64,000 nt of DNA from Octopus vulgaris. Its lineage: Eukaryota. The first letter of the stretch is position 1. Each line of letters starts with the position of its first letter. Positions 39,948 through 53,639 of the stretch are shown piece after piece. Location: contig OX597817.1 of the NCBI GenBank assembly GCA_951406725.2, forward strand, positions 25,234,001-25,298,000, in the 5' to 3' direction. The notes under the pieces are model-generated. The model saw nothing but the letters and a program-made list of their open reading frames with translations. It had not been told where the DNA came from and searched no databases. Made by a program: the position numbers and the translations under genes.

Positions 39948-40275
39948 GAAAGGAAATGTAGGTTGATGACAGGAAGGATTTCCAGCAGTAGAAAATATGC
40001 CTCACAAATTCTATCTGATCCACTTCCTTGTAATAATTGACAGGCAAGATGAGACATTCTTAAGACACAATTTCTTATTGTATTTTGGACAATGCACAGC
40101 TTGGATATAAGTTTATGGATGATTGCAGACATAAGAAAATATGTGTATGAAATGTGATTCTTTGTTTACAGTCAGTGTGTACAAACCAAGAAGAATGGAA
40201 TATACATCAAAACAAGCGTGCACACACAGACTCACACACACAGGCACATGCAGACACACACATGCACACACACAC

Positions 40276-40308
<33 letters not shown>

Positions 40309-40735
40309 TGCTGTTATATCATGGGAGGGAAATTTTGTTAATAGAAAAGAACATAAGTGTTTCTTGTAGGTTTTGTATGCCATATTCACACAAAAGGCTT
40401 TGATTTGCCCTGGGCTGTAAATAAAAGAAAATTGCTGAAATTACCGCAAAATGTAACCAAACCAGAATATATGCAGTTGTGAAGTAAACTTCTTAATTAC
40501 ACAAATAAACCATTATCTTTTTCATTCACACACACACACACACATTTACATACATACTAATATTGATCAGAGAGAATGAGTGTTCAACACAGTATTCGTA
40601 AATGAATATTCTTTATTCGTGGGCTAACGAAGAAACCAATGGTTTTTACATGAAGAGATCTTCACAAGTATTGAAGCATATGCATACTTCATTGAAGTGT
40701 TGTACTTGCCTCCAATTTTGATGAGAGAAAAAAAT

Positions 40736-40771
<36 letters not shown>

Positions 40772-40864
40772 TGAGTGTGTCTGTGTGTGTTGGTATGAGC
40801 ATCTGTGCATGTGAGTGTATATATATATATATATAAAGGGGTTTGTATGATTGTGTATAGAGGG

Positions 40865-41325
40865 ATATATATTATTCAAAGGAATTCCAACTCTGTCTGT
40901 TTGTTATGTTTTATTTATATTCTTTATAATATTAATGTAGAATATAGAATATATATAGTATAAACAGTATATATAGTAAAATGAAATGAAGTATTGATTG
41001 TCTTATTGAACAGATGAAATATTGAATATAAAATACTAAGGGACTAGTATACTTTCTTGCATTAAAGCAGTCTTCAAGGTCCCAGATTGTGACAGGAGTG
41101 TTTCCTGTCACAACCTGGGACTTTGAAGACCGCTTTAATGCAAGAAAGTATACTAGTCCCTTAATATTTGATATTCAATATTCCATCTATTCAATAAGAC
41201 AATCAATAATTCATTTCATTTTACTATATACATTATATATTCTATATCCTACATTAATATTATAAGTAATATAAATAAAACATAAAAAACAGACAGAGTT
41301 GGAATTCCTTTGAATAATATATATA
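40865..41325. repeat. Fold-back palindrome with arms of about 225 bp, centred at 41100; each arm has a hammerhead-like motif (41040-41083 -, 41117-41160 +)
   Basis: tgtgacagga-gtgtt-tcctgtcaca centre; gggac-(c/t)TTGAAGA-..gc tttaat gc..-GAAA-gtatac-TA-gtccc. Confidence 0.85.
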
Positions 41326-41330
41326 TATAT

Positions 41331-42265
41331 CATCATCATCATCATTTAATGTCCATTTTCCATGCTGATATGGGTTGGACAGTTTGACAGGAGCTGGACA
41401 GTTGAAGAGCTACCCAGACCCCATGTCTGTTTTAGCATGGCATCTGCAGCTGGATGTCCTACCTAACACCAACCACTTTACAGAGTTTGCTGAGTGCTCT
41501 TATGCAGCACTGGCCCAGGTGTATTTACATAAATTACCAGTACAGGTGCTTTTTATGTAGCACAAGCACCCATGAGCTTCCAAGATGAGGAATGCTCAGC
41601 TGGAGAAGGAAGCAGGGGACAAGCCTGCATACAAGGACAACCATGATATTCACTAGCTTGATGTCTCTTTTTAAACATAACAAAACACCAGGAGTCTCGG
41701 TCTCTTATCATCCCCTATGTGAGTCCCAATATCTGTAGATCATTTCTCACCACTTTGCCCTACCTCTTCCTGGGCATACCCTTTCCACAAGTTCCTTCTA
41801 CAATTAGAGAACAGCAGCTCTTGATGCAACTGCTTTCATTCACATGCATTACATGGCCATATCAGTATAGACTTCTCCCTTGCACACTACATCTGACACT
41901 ATATATACCCAGTTTTTCTCTCAAATCACTTACACTCTGACATATTTGCACACTAGTATTACTCATCCAGCGAAGCATACTGGCTTAATTTCTTTCAAGC
42001 CTTCACATATCCTCAGTAGTCACAGCCCATGTCACACTGCCATGCAAGATAGCTGTTCATACACAAGCATCTTACAATCTGCTGTTCACACAGCAATAGT
42101 AGCTCTTTGAACTTCACCCAGCTTATTCTTATTCTAGCAGCTAAGCTTTTGGAACACCCTCCCCACTACTAACATGGTCACCTATGTAACGGAAACTGTC
42201 TGCTACTTCTAAGGATACCCACTGCTATTTGAAGAGGTGTATTTTGTGTAGATTCCTGGTGTTTA
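41331..42265 (-). pseudogene. Decayed RTE LINE 3' portion (ORF2 C-terminus + 3' UTR)
   Basis: RC gives LHGSVTWAVTTED.*RLER, SMLRWM, LREKLG, YGHVM-like motifs; (cat)n tail. Confidence 0.8.
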
Positions 42266-42409
42266 ATGTACCTATGTATATATATCCTAACATATATTCT
42301 TTTACTCTTTTACTCGTTTCAGCCATATGGCTGTGGTCATGCTGGAGCACCACCTGTAAATATGTACCTTATAAATTCAAAAATACAAATATCAACATCA
42401 ATCTCCCTC

Positions 42410-42480
<71 letters not shown>

Positions 42481-42656
42481 TGTACTGGGGTCGACCTAAT
42501 CAACTGGCAACCTCCCCCAAAATTTCAGGACTTGTGCCTAGAGTAGAAAAGTATATTATAAAATTGTAAAATTTGCAAATAATAAAGCGTTAAAATCAAA
42601 CTCAGTTGGAATTTCATTAATATAGTCTTCTTCTATACACAATCATACAAACTTAG

Positions 42657-42696
<40 letters not shown>

Positions 42697-42709
42697 CCGA
42701 GTTTGTATG

Positions 42710-42782
<73 letters not shown>

Positions 42783-42879
42783 ATTGATATAGGATGAAAT
42801 TTTTTTCAGAAAAAAATTTCATAATTTCATCAAAAAGTGGCAGCATATTAAAGTACCTTTAAAGCTTAAAATTATCAAC

Positions 42880-43067
42880 AACTTATAAACGACGGCAAAA
42901 GAAAAATTATTTCTATGCCAATATGCTGATAACAGACTTTAAATCGTCAATTTCCACATATCATTATACACTCACTATAAATATATGAGTGTATAATGAT
43001 ATGTGGAAATTGACAACTTAAAGTCTGTTATCAGACTTAATTTTTCTTTTGCCCATGATTATAAGTT
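42880..43067. repeat. Palindrome between (AT)n tracts
   Basis: ctgataacagacttt..gtcaatttccacatatcattatacactca / tgagtgtataatgatatgtggaaattgac..aaagtctgttatcag. Confidence 0.9.
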
Positions 43068-43068
43068 T

Positions 43069-43115
<47 letters not shown>

Positions 43116-43346
43116 TAATAAAATATTAGGGAATAAATCCAAACTTACAGGGAAAAATCAGATTTAGGATTAAATCCAATTTAATAGTATAAATATATTT
43201 TATTATATTATATTAAATTAGAGATAAAACCACTATTAGGCAAATCAAACAATGAAAAACATAAGCCAATACATAAAATTAATTAATCTATATTATTTTA
43301 AATATATATCAAAGGTATTAAAAGTTTAATAAAAGATAAAGAGTAA

Positions 43347-43417
43347 AACTCTACGATCGTTTCATGGCTGTACAATTCGTAATAACTCGAGTTATGATTA
43401 CAGTCAATCTTCAGGTT
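43347..43417 (-). ncRNA. Type I hammerhead motif, same family as 39492 and 59491
   Basis: RC aac-CTGAAGA-ttgactgta..tacagccat-GAAAC-gatc-GTA-gagtt; stem I weak. Confidence 0.65.
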
Positions 43418-44231
43418 AATTGAAATATCTAAAATATAATCAGAAATATTTAAACAATATTATTAAGATATAAATAATATAATCATTTTACTTATAATAA
43501 ACTCTATTATCAAACTAGAAACATAAAACTTAACAATTATGATTATATTAAAATCGACTATAATGTTAAATATTAATTTTAATTTATAAGGTAGGAAACT
43601 CACCAATAATCTAATATCGGTATTAGTCTATATCTAATTACATAAATATTTAAAAATGACTAATATATATAAATTATCAATGAAAATATATAAATGTATA
43701 TAAATATTATAATTAAGATCTAAAATAATCTCTATAAATAAATATATATACACATATAATAAAAAACTAATAAATTAATTTTTCATATTTAAAGATGAAA
43801 TAGCTAATTTCGAAATACAAATAAACAAACTTAAACGAACTTTCGGAAATCTTATGTAAAATACTTATAGAAATAATCAATTCGTAGTAATATAGTATCG
43901 AATAAATACTATAAATACTATAAATATAATTATCAATGGGAATAACTAGCTAATATCAATTTAAAGAAATAACTAAGTTATGCTGTTAAATCAGACATGG
44001 CGTGGACCAATCTTTAGTCGAAACATATCTAAGTTTATCAAAGTTTATCTAATTTAATTATAAATTTAAAAGTACAATTAATACTATTAAAAATATGTAG
44101 ATACAAAAGCCTAACTAAATACACCTCGTATGCTTGCTATCAAATAACAAATCTATCGCTAAGTAGTATCTTACGAATAAACTTAAATTTAATATCTAAT
44201 AATATAGATATTTACGATAATTAGATCAAAG

Positions 44232-44269
44232 CTGTCTGACGAACGGGAATGTGAAACTTCGAGTAACAG
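44232..44269 (+). ncRNA. Minimal type I hammerhead motif
   Basis: ctgt-CTGACGA-ac(gggaat)gt-GAAAC-ttcga-GTA-acag; AATAAA about 27 nt downstream, then (AT)n. Confidence 0.75.
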
Positions 44270-44308
44270 GTTTTGTTGAATTTCTGCTGCTTTTAAATAA
44301 AGCATATT

Positions 44309-44394
<86 letters not shown>

Positions 44395-44459
44395 TCGTCA
44401 TGATAGATCGCTAGCCACTACACATTCTTTATTTTCTCTCCTTGTTTCTTTCTGTGTTC

Positions 44460-44495
44460 CTTTCTGCAGAGGAACGTAGGCTCGAAACATTAAAG
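44460..44495 (+). ncRNA. Degenerate minimal hammerhead in a short element (about 44393-44590) between (AT)n tracts
   Basis: cttt-CTGCAGA-ggaac(gtag)gctc-GAAAC-ATT-aaag; core has substitutions. Confidence 0.45.
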
Positions 44496-45430
44496 ACTTT
44501 TTCACTTCCCGAGTGTTAAACTAATACATCTGTTTGTTGTCTACACCACCTGTCTTCTTTTGTTTTCTTTTTTGTGAATTCTTCCCCTATATATATATAT
44601 ATATATATGTGTGGGTGTGTGGGTGTGTGTATACGTATATATATATATATATGTCAGTGTGTACACATTCACGTATGTATGTGTCTGTGTGTGTCCCCTA
44701 TCACCACTTGACAACCAGTGTTGGTGTGTTTACATCTCCATAACTCAGCAGTTCGGCTTGGAAAAGAAAATAAGTACGAGGGCAATTATTTTGACCAAAA
44801 CCCTACGTGACAGTGCCCCAGCATGGCTGCAGTCTAATGACTGAAACAAGTTTAAGAGAAAAGATAAAAGATATATATATGTATATATGTGTAGTAGTCT
44901 GCCTATCAAACTACATACCTATCATCCAAACTTACTCATACTCTGAATCTTCCAATAAACTCTGTTTTATCAGACATTCTAAACAGATTATTTTACAGTA
45001 TTTACCATGTCTCAACTTTAAGAATTTATCTCTTTGCTATGACTGCTCTCTTGGGTTTCATTGTCCATGGTAAATATCATTTTAAGAACACTAACTGAAT
45101 TTGATTTTGTTTTTTGTTGTTTTTTTTTGTTTTGTTTTAATAGTAAAAGTAAATATATGCCAAAAAAAATGAATAATGCACATATATATGCAAACATCAA
45201 CATCCCTGATAAAACAAAAAAACAAAAAACTTATTCACATTATTGAAATAAAAGTATAATAAAGTAATGTATATATATATGTAAGTATATATTTACACTT
45301 ATATACATATATACAAATATATGTTTGTGTGTGTGTATCTATATATGTATGTATATATTTACACATATACACATATATACAAATATATGTTTGTGTGTAT
45401 GTATTTATATATGTATGATTATATGTCATG

Positions 45431-45465
<35 letters not shown>

Positions 45466-45913
45466 ATATATATATATTTACATATATACTTAGTCGCGAA
45501 CAATATGTATATTCTCTTGCTCCCCTAATGTACATGTATGCTTGTGTATATACAAATGAAAAGATAGTGAATGCATGTAGTTATGTATGTGTACATGCAT
45601 CTATCAGACATGTGATTAAATTTGATATGTAGGCATACACATGCAGATACACAGATATATTTACATAAATAGAGGTAAACAGACATATACATACATATTA
45701 TACATGACTACTCATGTACATATACATGCAAATATGTGTAGAATTTATGTGTGTATGTAAAACCAAAAAATAATTGAAGTGTGTTTAAATATAAATCATT
45801 GAAGTGTATAAGAGAGAATCAATACTGAAATGACAATAAAAAAAAATTAAGTTTGAATGTTTACAAAAATATATTCAAAAAATACATTAAGAAATGTATA
45901 AAACGCATACAGT

Positions 45914-45953
<40 letters not shown>

Positions 45954-46520
45954 CATACAATATCTCTGTATGTGTCATTGCACATACATATTTGTATGTA
46001 CTTATGTAGGTTATGCATACACACATACACGCACTTGTGTGTGCTTGAGAGAGAGATTTTATGTATATATGTGTGTGGAGATATCTATCTGTATGTGCAT
46101 GAATATAAATTTTATATATACATATGTATATATATTTGTGTGTTGAAGTGCATATAAATGTAAATTGGAATATATCTCTCCATTTTCTGACTTTTATTGC
46201 GTCTCAGAATTAATTGTTTCAGGCTATTTTTGTCATTCTCTATATTCCAATATGCATTCTTAGTTAAAATTTTTGAAAGATTTTACATTTTTGTTCACTT
46301 GACAACTATTATTTTATATCGTTATTGCTGTTGTGTTATTTGCTTATTTATTGTTTTGTTTTGACAATCAGGTGTTGTCATAGCTATGTGGTTAGAAAGT
46401 TTGGTGCAGAACCGTATAATTCTAGGTTTGATCTCATGGTTATAAACATTGTCTCATGTTGCAAACTCAGATTGACAAAAACGCCTTGTGAACTGAATTT
46501 GGTGGACAGAAAATAAGCAA

Positions 46521-46980
46521 TACTCCCTGGAGAGAAGACGGGAGAGGTATGCCGTAATATGTCTGGAAGATCCTGGAAGGAATTGTGCCAAATTTTGGCA
46601 TTGTAAGCTACACCAATGCTAGAACGGGACGACACTGCATAGTGCCAAAGATCCCAGCAATGCCATCACGCTTCAGGACCAGCTTCTGCAACAGCCTGGG
46701 TTTCAAGGGCCCACAGCTTTTTAATATTCTCCCAAAGAGTCTTAGAAACTTGCACAAAGTAGATGTAGTGGTTTTTAAATCAAAGCTGGACATCTTCCTG
46801 TCAAGAGTCCCAGATGAACCTACCTCACGACAAGAGGTGCAAATGAGAGTAGCTGTATCAAACTCCATTCTTCACCAAGTGCCACATATTAGATGAGGTT
46901 CGTCGCAATAACAGTGTAGCACAAAACGGCGGTGCATCAGCATGGCCGCAGCTCTGAGCTGAAACTAGAAAAAAAAAATA
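46521..46980 (+). mobile_element. CR1-type LINE 3' end
   Basis: SLERRRERY..WKILEGIVPN..GPQLFNILPKSLRN..FKSKLDIFLSRVPDEP, stop, 3' UTR, A-rich end. Confidence 0.9.
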
Positions 46981-47762
46981 CCCCCAGTATGGGTATAACC
47001 TTTTGGCTGGAATAAATACAGGAATAAACTAGTGAAATATATGTGTGCATGCATGTATGTATGTTTGCATGAGTACATGTATCTATATAGGTGTAAGTAA
47101 GTGTATTTGTATTTTTATATTTGTGTGTATATAAATTTTGTGTGTTCCAGTGTAAAGTTGTGTATTAAAGTGCATCCCTTTAGATCAGAAAGCTTTTCAA
47201 GAAAGGTACATCGTTAAAGTATCTATCAAACTGAAATAGGTATTGATGGCTTTGATGCAATCAACTAAAACCTTTGAATGTGGTGTTCCAACATGGTTGC
47301 AATCCAATGGCTAAAACCAGTAAAGGCGAAATGATTTATATGACAAGCACTGCTAACTTATAAATTTTGGCTTTCTCATTCTGCTAGAAATATCAAGCAA
47401 AAATCACACAAATCCCACTCTTCGAGACAGTCATATTCAGTAATGTTCTTCTTGATATTATCTGTTTAAAAAAAAACAAAAAAACATGCTCATCACTACT
47501 GAAAAGCAACTTTGATCATAATGCTGCTGGTGTAAGGATCAGTATGAACCTTCACAACAGCAACAGTAAGAAGAACAACAGGTAAATGACGTTTAATTTT
47601 AAATGGCATTAAACATATGTGTAATCTAATGAAAAATAATAAACAAACTGTGTCTAGGAGGGCTTCTGTGATCATTCATTATGTCAGACTTTTATATGTA
47701 CAAAGTATTCTTCAAATCAGCCATTCTCAAACTGACAAATACCAGCTCTCACACTAGTTGTG

Positions 47763-47853
<91 letters not shown>

Positions 47854-47887
47854 TAGGCATAGATATAGTTAAATATATCTGTGTAAG

Positions 47888-47921
<34 letters not shown>

Positions 47922-47924
<3 letters not shown>

Positions 47925-48136
47925 CTTTACTACCCACAAGGGGCTAAACACAGAGGAGACAAAGGGATTAAGTCAATTACATCGACCCCAGTGCGTAACT
48001 GGTACTTAATTTATCGACCCCGGAAGGTTGAAAGGCAAAGTCGACCTTGGCGGAATTTGAACTCGCAACGTAACGGCAGACGAAATACGGTAACGCATTT
48101 CGCCCGGCGTGCTAACGTTTCTGCCAGCTCGTCGCC
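47922..48136 (-). mobile_element. SINE family C
   Basis: Matches 28273-28497; CpG-rich, so probably young. Confidence 0.9.
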
Positions 48137-48138
48137 TT

Positions 48139-48181
<43 letters not shown>

Positions 48182-49300
48182 AGATATAAGAGACCAAAGT
48201 GTATGTACACCGCTATATGTATATAATAATGAATACAGAAATTTCATTCTTTCTTTCCTTTTATCAGCCCCTTCACACTTACTTCGTTCTTGCCTCTTTT
48301 ATTTCTTTCTCTCCTCCGTCTCTCACATTTCCTGGCCTTCCCTTTATTCTCACCTTCCTCCTCTTTCACGTCACCCTGCCCCTCTTCTTTTTTCTCATCA
48401 TTCCCTAATTTTTTATCCCTCTGCCTCTACCTCTCTCCTCTCCTTCCACGTGACTGCTGTTCGGCCAAGCCTGACCTCTATTTCTTGGTTCAGCTACCAT
48501 CCGTGCAACATCTGTATTCCTTCTCAAACCTGTCATCTCATGTCTCTCCCGTAAGGCTTTACTTCCACACACACCAGCTTAATTCAATTCCTCCATAGTC
48601 GAATGACACCTGTTATTAATGTGCTGTTGTTTGCATTTGAATTTGTGTACCATTTCTCCGTTTTATCCCGTCCTTGTTTTCGTATACATTCGCTGCTTTC
48701 TTCTAAGGAATCTAGTGCTCTTAGCTTAGATTTTCCTTGGGGCTGGCTAAATTGGGACAGTCTCGAGTATAACCAGCCGAAACTGCAAATCTAATCTGGA
48801 ACTCAACTGACGAAAGAAAATTAGTATTTTTCAAATTGAAAAGATAACTTTGAAATGCTCTCATAAATATAGAAGAAAATTTGAATATCTCAAAACTGAA
48901 TAACCCATTAATTATATCGTTTCATATAAGCCAATATGCATAATATTAATAAAAATTGTTATATTTCGTTAACTAATTATCATGTTGTTTCATTTTATAT
49001 TGAGGTCATCAGAAGTTAAATACCGAATTGGCTGTTCTTAGAATATATTTCTTCTTAATATTCTTTTTGTACGCGTTCAGTTATCAGAAATATTTACGTA
49101 GGTCACTTTGTATTTGACCAATTTTGCATTGCCTTAATAACATTGTGTTAGCGTACATTTTCATTTATATTAATTTGACTGATATTTTAAACATTTTATC
49201 TGTACCTAAATATGCTGGCAAATAGAAACTATTGTCAGCAATGAATGGCGTTGAAGATGTGTTATAATGCATTATTATTCTTGTTATGTATGCATGAATA

Positions 49301-49695
49301 TCATCATCATCATCATCGTTTAAAGTCCGTTTTCCATGCCGGCATGGGTTGGACGGTTTGACTGGGGTCTGGCAAGCCAAGAGGCTGCACCAAGCTCCAG
49401 TCTGATCTGGCAGTGTTTCTACAGCTGGTGTCCTTCCTAATGCTAACCACTTCGAGAGCGTAGTGGGTGCTTTTTACCTGCCACCGGCACAGGGGCTAGA
49501 GGGAGCTGGCAACGACCACGATCGGGTGGTGCTTTTTACGCGCCACCGGCACGGAAGCCAGTCAAAGCGGCGCTGGCGTCAGCCACGTTCGGATGGTGCT
49601 CTTTACGTGTCACCGGCACGGGGATCACATCTACAAATTCCTTTTGATTTTGATGTATTTGACTCAATAGGTCTCCTCAAGCATGGCATGTCATC
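49301..49695 (-). mobile_element. RTE 3' end
   Basis: (cat)n tail, subrepeats, ggtctcctcaagca ORF2 end. Confidence 0.85.
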
Positions 49696-50085
49696 CTATT
49701 TGAATATATACATACATAAATACATACATGTATGTATGTATGTATGCATACATGTATATATGTACGTATATGTATGCATATATATATATGTGTGTATATA
49801 AACCATATAAAGTCGGAAGATATGACAGGTGAATATATTTAACCACTTCACATCTCTAGGATTATAACTACTTTACAGCCTTCTTCATGTGATAATAAGT
49901 CCTGCGTATAAGATATTATGTTTACACAACTGAACTAATATGCATACTATGCATTATGTAATACAATTGTATATTCACAAAACAATGTAAAGAAAGTTTG
50001 CTCATGATATTGTCAGGACATCATGCTTATACCAACGATTCAACTCTAAGTGAGCATGTAAAATTTTCTATATATATATAGATAT

Positions 50086-50240
50086 AAAAAATAAGGGTGA
50101 CAAAATTGGATATTAATTTAATAATACCATCAATTTAACACCAAGTGGCTTAGCGCATAAAAACCAGGGATACAATAAAAACCAGTGTTAAATTGATGGT
50201 AATATTAAATTAATATCCAATTTTTTCACCCTTATTTTTT
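50086..50240. repeat. Inverted repeat with arms of about 55 bp
   Basis: aaaaataagggtga..aattggatattaatttaata.taccatcaatttaacac and its reverse complement. Confidence 0.9.
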
Positions 50241-50411
50241 ATTTTAATTATACTGCAGTAAATTTTTTATGCAGTATTTGTTTCCGGAATTATTGGCGCA
50301 CTTTAATGAGGGCATTCGAATCATAACTGCGAATATAATCGACTAAACCACACGTTTGTTTGACGTTATGTTAAAATCTAGCGTGCGGTTTAGTAAATTG
50401 TATTCAAGACG

Positions 50412-50490
50412 AATTCTACTGATGAACTATGGATATATTATGTAAGCAAAATTGCATAATTCATTAATAGCGAAACAATTGTCTAGAATT
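50412..50490 (+). ncRNA. Type I hammerhead ribozyme motif
   Basis: aattcta-CTGATGA-actat..attatgtaa(gcaaaa)ttgcataat..atagc-GAAAC-aatt-GTC-tagaatt; perfect 7-bp stem I. Confidence 0.85.
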
Positions 50491-51569
50491 AATCTACATT
50501 TTTGTTATTTTTCATTTGCCCTGCTCGTTTACGTTAATAGTTGTGCTAATTCTCCCTGGAAACAATTTTTGGTGGTTGAGACCCTAGCGGATCTATTTTT
50601 AGCGCAAGAGTCGACCACATAGCGGACACTCCCTTATATTCGCGTATATATATATATATATAAATTAAATTAGAGATTAAACCACTATTAGGCAAATCAA
50701 ACAGTGAAAAACATAAACCAAAATATATAAATAAAAATAATTAATATGATATACAAAATATATAAAATATAAAATTAAAAAATTAAAATTATTTAAATTT
50801 AAAATTAAAATTATTTAAAATTAAAATTAAAATTAAAATTATTAATTTATATTTATAAATTTTTATTATTTAATTTTTTATTTATTATTTATTTATTTAT
50901 TTTTTACATTCTTTATTTTTATTTTAATTTTAATTAAAATTTTTTTTAAAAATATATATAACTATCAAAAAGTATTAATATGTTTAATATAAGATATAAA
51001 GTATATGTATATAAGATAAAAAGTATATATATATATACAATGTATAGAAGACTAAGGCTTGGTAAAATTAGCTTCTTATTAGTTTATTCTTTTATTCTTT
51101 CACTTGTTTCAGTCATTAGACTGCGGCCATGCTATGGTCAGTAAAATTTAAAATTTCAGTTAAGGTCCTATATCTAAGTTGTGGGACTGTACCACCGTTA
51201 ATATCAACAAAAAGCAGGAAGGGATAAAACGAGGGAATCAAGTAGTTATAGCAAATATACAAAAATAAATAACTTTGAGTGTATAGAAAAATGTGTATAA
51301 AAAATTGATTATAAATTAATTGAATAGGGTACTGAGAGCTGGAGATATAACAATTAAACAAATAAATACTACTGAACAACACTCATTTTCAAATAGAGCT
51401 AGAAGGTCCAGGGACCACACATAAAAACTTATAGGCCTTAATTTTAATGACTTTTTGTAACTACATCTCAAAATAGTTTTTAGCCCAATGAACTGTAGTG
51501 AAACTAAAACCTTACTCACACCTACAAAGAATCACATGCACAGCGAAACTCACATAACTGTACACTGTT

Positions 51570-52004
51570 ATACCTATTAATACACATATATACAACAGAA
51601 AGGTAAACATTAGCACCTACACACAAACATATATATATGTTTATATACACATAAATATAAATACACACATATAAATACATATAACAAGACATACATACAT
51701 ATACTCAATATAAATATATACATACGAATGTATGTATGTGAATACATACACACATGCATACTTAAATCTTATGCATATACACACACATACAAGAATGTGC
51801 ATAGTCTATATATCTAGACGTATACACATATGTATACACACATGCATAAAACACATAAGCTGACACACATATACATACATAAATATACATATATACTGAT
51901 TTTAATATGTATAGATATTTCATATAAGGGAATATAAACATACATAAAAAATTTTAATGAGACACATACGTAGTTATTTAAGTATAAATATCTAAATACA
52001 TATC

Positions 52005-52036
<32 letters not shown>

Positions 52037-52274
52037 CAGAATAGAGAGGGAACGAGAGAACGTTACAACCTATTTGTACGTATGTGTATGCCTGTCTGTG
52101 TATACATGCATATATTTGCATTGTAGAATATATGCATGTAAGTATGGATGTATGGATGTATGTATACGTATGTATGTGTTTGTGTGTATATGTATGTATG
52201 TGTGTGTATATATGTTTGTGTATGTATATATATGTGTATGTATGTGTGTGTATATATATGTGTGTATGTGTATG

Positions 52275-52336
<62 letters not shown>

Positions 52337-52724
52337 TATGTATCTGTATGTAGGAGTATATGTGTGTGTGTGTATGTATATGTGTATATATATATATATG
52401 TATATTTATTGGTGTATATGTATAGACTAGCCTCCTAAAGTGTAGACACGAATCTGTAGGTACGAGTACGTATGTGTATATACGTGAACGTATGTAGATG
52501 TTTGTATGTATGAATATAACGCGTGCGTACGTGTATGTGTATGAGTGTACGAATGGGTGAATGTACGTGCTAATGAGTGTGCGTGCGGGAATGAGTACTT
52601 GCCTTCTAGTAGACAGACAAATGGACATGCTGCCATAGCCAGGATCCTTAGCTCTAGCGATCAAAGATAACAAAAGTAATAAATGAAGATAATAAAATTA
52701 AAATTAGGAATGGGCCTGTATTGG

Positions 52725-52765
<41 letters not shown>

Positions 52766-52864
52766 GTGTATGTGTAGGTATGTATAGGTACACATGTGTA
52801 TGTGTATGTGTATGTATATGTGTATGTGTATGTATGTGCACACATGTATATATATGTATGCGTG

Positions 52865-52910
<46 letters not shown>

Positions 52911-53207
52911 TATGTGTATGTGGGTGTATGTATATATAGGTGTAAATATGTGTATATAGGGAACTAGGTGTGTTGTGTGTGCATGAGTGTATGCGCGTAT
53001 GAATATATATTTTTCTGTGTATATATGTATGTGTGGTCGTGGGTATATATATACATGTGTGTATGCGTGCATGCATGGGAGGGAGTGTATGCATATATAC
53101 GTGTGTGTATGTGTAGACAGGTATATGCATGTGCATGTGTATAAATTTGTATATGTGGGCGGGTGTATGTATGTGTGTATGTAGATGTGTATGTATATGT
53201 GTATATA

Positions 53208-53250
<43 letters not shown>

Positions 53251-53300
53251 GTGTATGTATGTGTGTGTAGATACGTATACATATGTGTATAGGTATAAGT
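51570..53300. repeat. Degenerate (AT)/(GT)/(ATGT) microsatellite field
   Basis: Directly visible. Confidence 0.9.
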
Positions 53301-53588
53301 GAGAATCTCCTTATTTACCTATAACTCTATCCCCCCTTTTTTTATATATATATTTTTATATATATATTTTTTATATATATTTTTTATTTTTATTTTTTTA
53401 TTTTTTTTATTATTTTTTTATTTTTTTATTTTTTTATTTATCTATTCTTTCATCTAACTTACCACTGACTCCTTGACCACTCCCCCAAGTATGATATTTT
53501 GCGCTATGCCTACCCCCAAAAAAGTCCCCCACCACCACTCCTTTAAACCTGCCTAAATGTATAAATGCTAATACAATTCTTGTTAAAT

Positions 53589-53639
53589 AGCTTCCTGAAG
53601 ATTTCTCTTGAATGAAACAGTACTAGTCCTGTAGAAGCT
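53589..53639 (+). ncRNA. Type I hammerhead motif with closed stem III
   Basis: agcttc-CTGAAGA-tttc(tctt)gaat-GAAACAG(tactagtc)CT-GTA-gaagct; TATAAA about 30 nt upstream, AATAAA about 10 nt downstream. Confidence 0.8.

Noticed and set aside
48985-49015. Minus-strand CTGATGA...GAAAC
   Set aside because: No convincing stem II, stem I or NUH site
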